A stretch of 64,000 nt of DNA from Eledone cirrhosa (Eukaryota): the NCBI GenBank assembly GCA_964016885.1, contig OZ024740.1, forward strand, positions 408,084,001 to 408,148,000. The letters are read 5' to 3'. The position numbers and the translations under genes were made by a program. A model generated the notes under the pieces. The model did not search any database, was not told the DNA's origin, and saw only the letters and a list, made by a program, of their open reading frames with translations. Of the stretch, positions 40,460-51,900 are shown one piece after another (position 1 is the first letter of the stretch; each line of letters begins with the position of its first letter).

Positions 40460-41200
40460 TGGAATGTATCATTGGTTCTCTAGCATTTATGTTCAGATAA
40501 TTGGTGCTAAGTCGAAACCATTCAATGTAGGTGTTGGACTCTGCCAAGGATGCACATTGTTATCTCTCCTGTTCATAATCTTCATGAACAGGATTGACAT
40601 GCACAGCTGGGTTGGAAGTGGTATCAAGACTGGTGGATGTAGGATCAGTCAGCTGGAATTTGCAGTAAATATGGTACTACTTAACTCATCAGAAGGTTAT
40701 CTCTGGCATGCACTCAATGCTGCTGAGTGTTGCATGATAGGAATTAATGCTGCGAAGACTAAGACATTTGTCCTCTCAAGGAAGCATGTGCAATGTACTC
40801 TGCATGTGAGTGGGGTTCCACTGAAGAAGGTTGAAAAGTTCAAGTATCTCGTTTTTATTAGTGATGGAAGGCAGAAGGCTGAATTAAGTGCAAAAATTGC
40901 TGAAGCTAGTGCAATAATGTGCCAGCTTCAGTATTTGGTCATCAGAAGAAGGGAGGTAGGTATTCGTGCCAACTCTGGTCATGAAACTTGGGTGATGATC
41001 GACAGAATATAATCACGAATACAAGTGGCTGAAATGGGCTTCCTCCAAAAAGAGTAACATTACTTGACAGAGTGCTTAGCTTGGAGATCAGGCAGCCGCT
41101 CCAGGGAGAGTTGCTACTTCTCCAAATTGAAAGATCACATTTCCAATACTATGGACATGTGGTTGGAATGTCTAAGAAAAAAATTGCTGGACAGATTTTA
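40460..41200 (+). mobile_element. Decayed RTE-clade LINE of a different lineage (Expander/Rex3-like)
   Basis: SKPFNVGVGLCQGCTLLSLLFIIFM, KVEKFKYL and GHETWVM. A related fragment at 46390-47075 is split by a SINE. Confidence 0.85.
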
Positions 41201-41964
41201 TAGCTGAATGCTCTTCCTATCACCAACCACAGCACAGACTGGACACATTTTATTATATTACCAGCTCTGGAGAGGTTGTCTGTGACATGACTAAAGTGTT
41301 CCTTCTATTGTATATTAGTTTTTATTTGATGTTAATACCCTCCTAGATGGGTTACCTGTGCTGTTGATTATATGGGAGTACATGTCTCCCATATTCATTC
41401 CTTTAGAATAGTAATAATTGTGAAACACAGAATGTGATAAAGAGCTGCTACTAGAGGAGAAGTACCAGTTGATTTAATATGATTGAATTTAGAAAAGATT
41501 GTATATCAGAAATTTAGGTTTGTGTAAGAGAGATAACTGTGCTGGAATAAATATATAATGTATAACAATGCTGAAAGTTACTCATTATAAATTTAAAAAA
41601 TAATATGAAACATTAAACCTTTCATTATCATATTTCTCAAAAAATACTTCCTATCATTTAAAAATAATTTTGAAAATAATCATGAATGTGAAAGAATTAG
41701 AGTAATATAACTAATTTTCTCATTAAGCTATTTTTTAACATAACTTAGCAAAGGCTCTTAAAGTTAGGGGAAGTTTTTAGATAAATTTAAGTACTTTCAC
41801 ATATACAGTTTCGTATCATATAACCAAAAGAAGTTTCAGACAGTTTGATATGAAATTATTAAAGAACTTGGAGTACAAATATAAAATGTTTAAGAGTATA
41901 TTATAGTAGAATAAATATACTCTGATCAGTATTAATTCAGTTGAACAATATTTTGAAAAGTGAC

Positions 41965-43267
41965 TTAACCCTTTAGCATTTAAACTGGCCATATCCGGCC
42001 AGAATTTTCTCACCTCTTTCTGATCAAACCAGCTGTGACTGGCCACTCATACTGATGTTAAGGTATTGTTCTAAAAATAAATGATATCAAAATCTCATAG
42101 ATTCGATATTATGTGAGATAAAGCCTTTACTGTGAAAATACAATAGTATATATAGGTGTAGGTAGGAACTCCATTCTCTGCCCCAAATGCAAACAATGGG
42201 TACACAAGAGATGTAGCGGGATCTCAGGAAGCTTAATTAAGAATGTAGGATTCACATGCAGCAGCTGTGCTGAAACAGCAAGCAGCAAACAGCCACAGGA
42301 AACAAGTACCACCAATCTCTGGGAGGGCCCTGTAGAAACAGTAGACAGCTTCTGCTACCTAGGTGACCGAATTAGCAACGGAGGTGGGTGTTCAGAAAGT
42401 ACAATAACTAGGGTAAGAACGGGATGGAAGAAGTTTAGGGAACTACTACCACTGCTAGCTGCAAAAGGCTTCTCCCTCAGAATGAAAGGCAGACTGTATG
42501 ATGCGTGTATCCGAACAGCGATGTTGCATGGTAGTGAGACCTGGGCGCTGAAGGTGGAAGACTTACGTAGATTAGAGAGAAACGAAGCCTGCATGCTCCG
42601 ATAGATGTGTAACAGTAATATACGTGAACGACAAAGCATAAATGAATTGAGAGAGAGACTGAGCATAAGAGGAATCAAATGCTGTGTGCAGGAGAGGCGG
42701 TTGCGCTGGTATGGACATGTGATGCGTATGAAGGATGACAGCTGCATAAAAAGGTGCAGAGCACTAGAAGTTGATGGAAACCGCGGAGTGGGGAGACCCA
42801 AGATGACCTGGGATGAGGTGATAAAAGCCGACCTTACCCAATTACACCTCTCAAAGACAATGACACACGACCGTGACTTCTGGCGTCACGCAGTAATACA
42901 GAGTACCCGACCTCCCATGGGTACATGCTGAAGCATATAAACAATATGCCCCCACACTCCCCACCGCAAGGTGGTCGTGGAGGTGCCACGGCAAAAAAGC
43001 ACCCAGCCCACACTGTAAAGTGGACGTGTAGGCGCCACGAAAAAGCACCCAGCACTCACTGTAAATGAGGTTGGTGTTAGGAAGGGCATCCAGCTGTAGA
43101 AATCAAGCCAGATCAGTTCCTGTATGAGCAAGGCATGGTCAGCCGACCAGACACTGCACACAACAGGACAATCCGTCTAACCCATGCTAGCGTGGAAGAA
43201 CGGACGTAAAACGGTGATGATGATGATGATGATGATATATAGAGTAATGTGAATGCTAAGGGGTTAA
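41965..43267 (+). mobile_element. piggyBac-type MITE family 1 interrupted by an RTE insertion
   Basis: MITE left part at 41965-42155 and right end at 43235-43267. Confidence 0.87.
42156..43236 (+). mobile_element. 5'-truncated RTE LINE (family 2) with 8-bp TSD ATATATAG
   Basis: GVGRNSILCPKC...YLGDRI...GWKKFRELLPLL...RLRWYGHV (one in-frame TAG), 3' UTR and (GAT)n. TSD at 42148-42155 and 43235-43242. Confidence 0.95.
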
Positions 43268-43539
43268 ATATATTCTAACATTTGCACAAGGCCAGATATT
43301 TTGAGACCAATTAAATTGACCTTTATATTTACTCTGCTTGGTATTTTTGTTTCTTGTTCTAGCTATTCTGGTAACTGACTGCTTAAAATATATAAAATCC
43401 TTTATAAGATCATTTATAATGACAAAGAATACAGAAAATTTTAAACAATCATTAAAAGTTGGATTTTTTTTGATTTTTTACTGTATAGATCTGGAGGAAA
43501 AGATAGTTCCTATAGCTTTTACAGACTTTCTGAGACCAA

Positions 43540-43885
43540 ATAGATAGATGCCATTAATGTTGTGCTTAAACAGGTTCATTCCATTTGGAAAGACATGAAC
43601 AGGGAGGGAATTCCAGAGTGCTGACATTTTGGGCATGAAGGACTGGCCAAGTGTGGTTATTATCAGGCTTGGGGTTTAGATACACTAAAAGTAGTGAGAG
43701 ATTAGACAAGTAACTAGGGAGTGCCTGAGTGGCGATGGCATCAGATCAGTAAGCTCATAGGAGAAGAGGTCTTTGTAGTCGCAGTATAAGCAGCAAAAGG
43801 AGGAGAGAGTATGTTTGTGGGCCTGAGACTGGAAATAGTCAGTGAGTAACTTTATGCTGATTAACTGAGTGGCTTTTCTTTGTTT
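43540..43885 (-). mobile_element. Decayed CR1-group LINE C-terminal fragment
   Basis: Minus translation QSFMPKMSALWNSLPVHVFP...LFKHNIN (WNxLP motif). Confidence 0.6.
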
Positions 43886-46524
43886 ATGTTATAATGATCA
43901 TCAGTAAACACACACTGGAAAATACCAGAAATGGGTCCATCCTATGCCAGCATGGAAAAGCAGATGGAAAAAGGTGTTGATGAAATAAACTAAGTTTTGA
44001 GTAAATTGGATGAAATCAATCTAAGAGTGTGGCAATTTTATGTCAACTTCAAAGTTAATTTTTTTTCATTAACTTATTAAAAATACAAGCACTTCTGTGG
44101 CTGTTATTAACTAAAACTGCCAGAGACACTATAGTACAAAGGTTAGAGACTTCATCAAGTTGCAGCTGCCTTCACCTACCAGGTTTATATACACACTTAA
44201 CTGAAGGGAAATTTAATCATCTGCAAGCTAGAAAAGTCTGCCCGAGCATATAACAATCTCTCTAGTGCTGGTGCAATGATAAAATGCACCCAGTGCACCT
44301 TGCAAACAGTTAGTGTTGATGCCACAATGAAATGTACCCAGTCCACTCTGTAAAGTGGTTGTACTGGTGCCACATTAAATGCATCCAGTACACTTGGTAA
44401 GGTGGTTGACATTAGAAAGAGCATTCAGTCATAGAAATCATGCCAAGTATGAGCAAGATAAGGTTGCTCTAATCCATCTGGTCATGAACCATGACAGCTC
44501 ATCCAACCCATGCCAGCATGGAAAGCAGATGCAAAATGATGGTGATGATGATAAATGAAGTAATTTTGAATTTGCATATGTTTGCATATTTTTTTGAATT
44601 GAAATCAAATTATTTTTTAGTTATATTGATTATTACAAGGTTTAGCACAAGCCACCCATGTATTAATTTTAAATCTTGTGAGGTTCAACTTTGAATTTGT
44701 ATGAGAAGTATAGTTAATTCAATTAACAATGCATCTCCCTGATACATATCTGGTCATGTTCTGACAAAAAAAAAAAAAGAATATTTATTTTACTATGGCA
44801 GTTAGCAGACAGTTTTGTGGATAGTATTAACACTTTTGAAACCATCCTTATGGGGTCGATAAAATAAAGTACCAGTAACATACTGGAGTTGATTTAATTG
44901 ACTGCCCCACCCCACCCCCAACATTATTGGCCTTGTGCCTAAATCAGAAGCAATTATTTTAATCATGTATGGGAGACAAATCCAGACATATTAAATCTTC
45001 TTAGCAAAGCTTAGATTTTATTGTAATTGCCAAAATGGTGATTCTGAGAATTACTAAGTAGCTGTACAATATTGTTCACTGGTAAACATAGAAAATGAGC
45101 ATATTAAAAGCAAAAAATGACTGGTAGAGACAATTGACACTTCTTATGCATAGTGTCATTTTCATATTCTGCTAAGAAAACAAAGCTGCTTTTCTCTATG
45201 GTCTTCCGAAGTGAGGAATGCAGGCACAAACTAATCTAAAGTCACAGCCTTCAGTAACATAACATTGCTAACAATAATTTTACATTTTGAGTTGAAAACC
45301 TGCTTCATGCTTAATAGAAAATAAATCAATATTTCTAAATACTGCCTATGATTTTCAAATAATCAAGAATTTGGAAGAATTTATTAATATTGCTAACTTT
45401 CTCAAAACTAAGCTTGTGTTTGGTGCATAATTTAATAAAGGTTATTCTTAGAATTATGATGGAAGGTTTTTAGATAAATATAGACATTTTAAAGTAAACA
45501 GTTTTGTATTATAGAACCAGGGTCAGTTAGTTAGAAAAAGGCTTTATGTTGTTCAAGCAACATAGCAGAGGGAATATGATATTGTAAAACAATCCAGAAA
45601 TACTTTCTGAGCCTTTAGGGACTTTTTAGGGGAGATGCTTACTCTGATTTCATAAGATTTATCAAATAAGATATGAATTGTTTTGTATAGGACTCTAGTT
45701 TATTACAGGTAACACTCCTAAATGATCTACTACTTACAGGTGAAATAAGTCCACCTACAATAAAGTGTTCTGTTCAATGAAATACTTTAATTTAATTTAA
45801 CAGAGATGTTAGTTGTGTGTTTTTTCCTTTGTTTCTTACTATTAAAAGAATCTCTGTCTTGTTTTCACCAAATTTGTTAAATGTAGTGTTCACAGATAAA
45901 AGCATTTTGTTGTGATATGTTAAAAGTGAATGTGTGAATGTGGAGACATTGATTGAGATAAGATATTATCATGTGCAAAATAGATTTTCTGGCCCCGCAG
46001 TGTCTTAATGATCAGTGACTGCTACAGCTGGACATTGGCTATCAACTGCAGAGTGAGAAGAAAGGCAAGAGAAAAAAAGGGGGTAGCTGGATTTTTTAAA
46101 AGGGATTAAATACCCATGTTTTGTGGTAGCTATTTCAGTTATAGCTATTTTGCATTTCATATCCACAGATTTATCTTAGATAACTTCCCTACACACTCAT
46201 ATATATATATATATATATATACTTATTGTTGTAGCTGGCCCTTACAAAAGAAATTCCTTGTTTCATGGCCAAAGAAGATGGCCACAGCACTAGTGTTGAT
46301 AACTGAACCACTTTTTTAATGCAAGCTTCTAGCCTGGTCCATCTACCCCAAAACATGCCATGTTTTTATGATAATTTAAAATAATATATCGAAATGGGTT
46401 CCTCTGAAGGGTATTTGGAGCAATATTACTCGATAGAGTGCATAGCTCGGACATGAGAGAGTCATTCCAAGTAGAGTTACTATTTATCCAAATTGAGAGC
46501 TCACAGCTCCGATACTGTTGGCAT

Positions 46525-46869
46525 CATCATCATCATCATCATTTCATTTTACGTCCACTTTTCCCTGCTTGCAAGGGTGGGACGGGAACTGATGCTGGCT
46601 TGATTTCTACAGCTGGATGCCCTTCCTAACACCAACCTCATTTACAGTGAGTGCTGGGTGCTTTTTTGCCGTGGCGCCTACACGACCACTTTTCAGTGGA
46701 ATGATATGGACCCCAGTCCCTATCATCTCATTTCTACAGCTGAGTAAACTGGAGCAACATGAAATAAAGTGCCTTGCTCAAGGAAACAACACATCACCCG
46801 GTCTGAGAATTGAACTCACAACCTTTCGATTGCAAGGCCAATGCTCTAACCACTAAGCCATGTGCCTCC
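46525..46869 (-). mobile_element. SINE family A inserted in an older RTE fragment, TSD TGGCAT
   Basis: TGGCAT at 46519-46524 and 46870-46875; LINE-derived sequence continues on both sides. Confidence 0.92.
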
Positions 46870-47437
46870 TGGCATGTAAGTTAGAATGTCTCAGAAAAGA
46901 ATCATTGGACAGATTTTACAGGCAAAACCAACTGGCAGTAGACCCAGAGGTAGACCCTGAACAAGATGTAGACCATGAATTTGGCTGGTCTCGCTTGGAA
47001 ACGGTTGCTTCTGACAAAACCCGCTGGAAGGAGTGTTTGAGCGCTCTTCCCCCACGACCCTCCTAGGATTAAGTGGGTGAAGAAAAAGAAGAATAAATAA
47101 TACAATGGTAGAGTTTTTAGTAATGATATAAAGGATTAGGCACCTGCACAGTTTCATATGTATCTATGTGTTTATTTGAATTGGTGTATTGAGTTACGTC
47201 CCTCAGTGTCAAAAAGTTAAACGCTTGTTATTCAATAAATGGGGGATTAATTAAGTACTTGAATGAAATATGTAGTAGGGTTGATATGAGCAACTAAAAC
47301 TCTTTAAGGCGATGCTCTGGTATTGCAGCAGTTGAATGACTGAATCAAGTAAAACAAATAGAATAATGCTATCTCTTTAGGTTATGAGTTCAAATCTTTT
47401 GTAGTTGTTCCATTAAGTACGAACTATACTTAGTAAA

Positions 47438-47690
47438 GGTGCATGGCTTAGTGGTTTGGGTGTTTGGCTCATAATTGTAAGGCTGTGAGTTCAGTTCCTG
47501 TCTGCTTGTTGTGACCTTGAGCAAGACACTTTATCTCACTTCATTCAAGTCTACTCAGCTGGCAAAAATGAGTTGTACCTGTAATTCAAGCTGAATCTCC
47601 CAGAGAACTATGTAAAGGATACTCATACCCGTGGAATGCTCAGCTACTTGCATGGTAATTTTATGAGCAGACTTTCCATTGTTCATACAA
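47438..47690 (+). mobile_element. Older CORE-type tRNA SINE with a different tail
   Basis: GCATGGCTTAGTGG...GAGTTCAGTTCC...GACCTTGAGCAAGACACTT. A related minus-strand piece lies at ~26695-26870. Confidence 0.7.
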
Positions 47691-48144
47691 CTGATGGAGG
47701 CTGAACAATTGTCAGAACTGATGAAGGTCTAACACACATGAAATAAACTTCCAGTATATATATGTATATATGTATACACCAATCCAAATTTAAGTAACAC
47801 TCCGCTATTTTGTCTGAGAAATAGACAACCCAAACTCCATGTTTTAGATTATGTTTAGATGGTGTAGTTTTGTAAATCTCCATAAGTGGAGAATATTTTT
47901 ATTAACTTTTAATATTTTGATATCTAAAATAATTTTCAAGTGTCATTTTGTATAATTCTATTTCACAACTCCATTACATAAGGATTTATTTACCAATCCA
48001 GCCAAATTTATAAAATTTCAACAAGTCTCTTGAACATTTTTTTACTTCTTTTCAGCAGACAATAATAGCGTCATCTTCTGAATTTAACAAATGAAATGAA
48101 ATGCATTATGTACACAATTAACATATATATATATATATTATATA

Positions 48145-48180
<36 letters not shown>

Positions 48181-48182
<2 letters not shown>

Positions 48183-48857
48183 CATAGGTTAAGAATAACG
48201 TCCGCGAAAATGAAAGTGAATTTTCTGACAAGTGAATGTGTTTTTTTTTTTTTTTACAGTTAAAGTTACGATACACTGTTTGTTTATTTACAACAGGTCT
48301 CTATAGTGATATGGTGTTAATATTGCGTGTGTGATTATTTTCTCTTATATATATATGTGTGGGTGTGTATATGTGTGGGTGTGTATGTGTGTATATATAT
48401 GTGTGTCTGTATGTATATATATATATGTGTGTTTGTATATATATATGTGTTTGTGTCATCATCATTGTTTAGATGTTTTTACCCAAATCCCTTATCATTC
48501 TCTGTCCTTCTTATGACCCGGCCTTAATTTGTTTATAGTTGGTGCCAACTTTGGCAAGATATTACAAAAACATCTAAACGATGATGATGACACAAACACA
48601 TATATATATACAAACACACATATATATATACATACAGACACACATATATATACACACATATACACACCCACACATATATATATAAGAGAAAATAATCGCA
48701 CACGCAATACTAATTAACACCATATCACTATAGAGACCTGTTGTAAATAAACAAACAGTGTATCGTAACTTTAATTGTAAAAAAAACAAAAAAAAACACA
48801 TTCACTTGTCAGAAAATTCACTTTCATTTTCGCGGACGTTATTCTTAACCTATGCCT
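48181..48857. mobile_element. Foldback/MITE-like element with ~300-bp inverted arms, in (TA)n
   Basis: 48181-48480 is the reverse complement of ~48566-48857 (GGCATAGGTTAAGAATAACGTCCGCG...), with a ~85-bp unique loop. Confidence 0.9.
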
Positions 48858-48950
48858 ATAATATATATATATATATATAAATATATATAATATATATATA
48901 TATAAATATATATATATATAAATATATATAATATATATATATATAAATAT

Positions 48951-51900
48951 ATCATCATCATCATCATCATCAACGTTTAACGTCCGTGTTCCATGCTTGC
49001 ATGGGTTTGGACGGGGGTAGTTCCACTTGAGGCAAGAGTGATTTTCTTGCTCGCATAGGACTGTCTGGCAGGTTTTCTACAGTTGGATGCCCTTCCTAAC
49101 ACCAACCACATTTACAGTGTGGGTCTGGGAGGTTTTTACCGTGTTGCCTACACGGCCACATTACAGCGTGGACTGTGTTTTTTTTGTCGTGACACCTACA
49201 CGATCTCATTTGTTTCGGCCTGGATGGCGCGGCACCAACATAACTTTACATAGAACGGGGTGGTGTGGATGGGGTGGGGGTGGGGGTGGTGGGACGGGGT
49301 GTATTTTGTTAGAGATGCCTACTGGCAAAGCGGGTCTTCTCTATTACTGAGTACCGCCAAAGGTCTCGGTCCAGTGACATTGTCTTGGTGAGGTGTAAGT
49401 GTGTGAGGTCGGAGTTTATCAGCTCGTCCCAGGTTTTTCTGGGTCTGCCTATTCCGTGGCTACCGTCTATCTTTATTGCCCTGCACTTTGTTATACAGCT
49501 ATCATCCTTCATGCGCATCACGTGACCATACCAACGTAGCCTTCTCTCTAGTAAACAACATCTGATCCCTCTTATTTCTAATTTTTTCCTTAGTTCGTTT
49601 ATGCTTTGTCGTTCACGTATATTACTATTACACATCCAGCGGAGCATGCAAGCTTCGTTTCTCTCTAGTCTGCATATATCCTCTGCACACAATGCCCAGG
49701 TCTCACTGCCATGCAACATTGCTGTTCGTATGCAGGCATCGTACAGCCTGCCTTTCATTTTTAGGGAGAACCCTTTAGCGGCTAATAGTGGTATAAGCTC
49801 TCTGAACTTTTTCCACCCAGTTCTGACTCTAGCTACTGTACTTTCAGAGCACCCTCCCCCACTGCTGATTTTGTCATCCAGGTAACGGAAGCTGTCCACT
49901 ATTTCTATAGAACCCTCTGCGCAGTTGAAAGAGCTAGTATTTTGTGGGCACTTGCTGCTACTTATATCCCCAGAACACCGGCCACATGTAAAATCTATGT
50001 TCTTAGTTAGCTTACCTGTGATCCCACTACATCTTTTATGCACCCAAACTTTGCATTTGGGACACAAAATGGAATTTCTACCTACGCCTTTCCTACACTC
50101 TGCGCATGGCCACTTCCCGGAGGGGACCGCCGCCTTATTTTCTTTCTTACAAACTAGAACTTTAGTCTTAGCTAGGTTAATTTTAAGGCCTTTTGATTCT
50201 AGGCCGTGCTTCCATGTTTGGAATTTCTTCTCTAGCTCGGCCATTGATTCAGCTATGAGCGTTAGATCATCTGCGTATAGGAGTTCCCATGGGCAGCCGG
50301 TCTTGAACTCCACTGTTATAGCCTGGAGGGCAATAATAAATAGTAGGGGGCTAAGAACAGAGCCCTGATGAACACCAACTTTTACACTAAACTCTTCACT
50401 ATATTCGTTGTTAATTCTAACCTTGCTAACTGTTTCTTTATACATGGCTTGTATAGCTCTCACAAGCCATTCATCAACACCTAGTTTTCTAAGAGCCCAC
50501 CAAATAATGGAACGGGGGACTCTGTCGAAGGCCTTCTCCAAGTCGACGAAAGCTAAGTATAGGGGTTTACTTTTAGCTAGGTACTTCTCCTGTAGTTGTC
50601 GTACAATGAAAAGAGCGTCTGTGGTACTTTTTCCTGACACAAACCCGAACTGCATTTCATCTAGATCAATTCGCTCTCTGATTAGTTGCGCTATAACTTT
50701 TTCCGTGACCTTCGTGACCTGGTCGATTAATTTAATGCCTCTATAGTTACTCCTATCTAGGGCATCTCCTTTACCCTTATAACAGTTAACGATAATGCTG
50801 CTGCGCCAGTCCTTCGGAACAACCCCATTCTGTATGACTTGGTTGACTATCCGGTTGACCATGGTGTGTCCCACCGTACCAGATGCCTTCAGCATCTCGG
50901 CAACTATTTCCGAAGGCCCAGCCGCCTTGCCTGTCTTCATATCTTTGATTGCCTTACTTATTATACTACCCTCGACTAACACTGCTGGTCCCTCTATTGG
51001 GTCGATGTGGGGGAGACTGTCTTTCTCCCATTTATTCTCCTCATTTAGTAGCCTTTCATAGTGACACTTCCAAGCTACCTTCTTATCGGCGTCGGTGATG
51101 GCAAGTATGCCGTCATCGTTAAGTACACACTTCTCCCCGACAATATCACTGTTTTCCTTGACACATTGCCTAGCAATCCTGAACACCTCACGTTTTTGGT
51201 CATCGCGTTGTAGAACATGCTTGAACTTTCTTTCCTCTGCTTCCCTTCTTGCGAAGTACACTTGTCTCCTAGCTTCCCTCCTGGCCACTTGATAGTCTTC
51301 TCTGCTTCCCCCATCCCGCCATACTTTCCAAGCCTGCTTTTTGGCCTTAATTGACCCCTCCACCTTACTGTTCCACCACCATGTTACTCTCCTCCTGCCT
51401 ACAGGCCTGCTCCAGCCACAGACTTCGTCTGCCGCCGTCAGCAGGTTTGCTTTCAGGAATTCCCACTGTTCCTCTACCTTGTACGTCTCTAATTGCTCTT
51501 CCTCACTGTCGAAAGCATCAAGTAATATGCTTTGGAATTTATTTTTGGCTGTGGGGTCCTTTAGCTTCCATATTTTTCTCCTGAGGATAGTCCTCTTCTG
51601 TTGTCTAGTACGTCTCGTCCTGACTATTAGGTCGCTAATTATCAGTCTATGTTGGGAAGTGCATTCTTCATGGGGGAGGGATTTAGTGTTTACGACAGTC
51701 ACTTTGTCACGTCTTCTGGTAAGGATGTAATCTACCTGGCTAGTATGTTCCCCTGATCTGTAGGTGATCAAGTGATTGTCTCATTTTTTGAAGTTAGTGT
51801 TGCAGATAGTTAGGTTATTTGCGTCGCAGAATTCCCGGATTCTGGAGCCTTCCTCATTTCTAGTACCAAACCCATAGCCTCCATGGATTTCGTCGTAGCC

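Noticed and set aside
47718-47756. CTGATGA...GAAA hammerhead-like motif
   Set aside because: Stems I-III do not pair convincingly; at most a decayed remnant.
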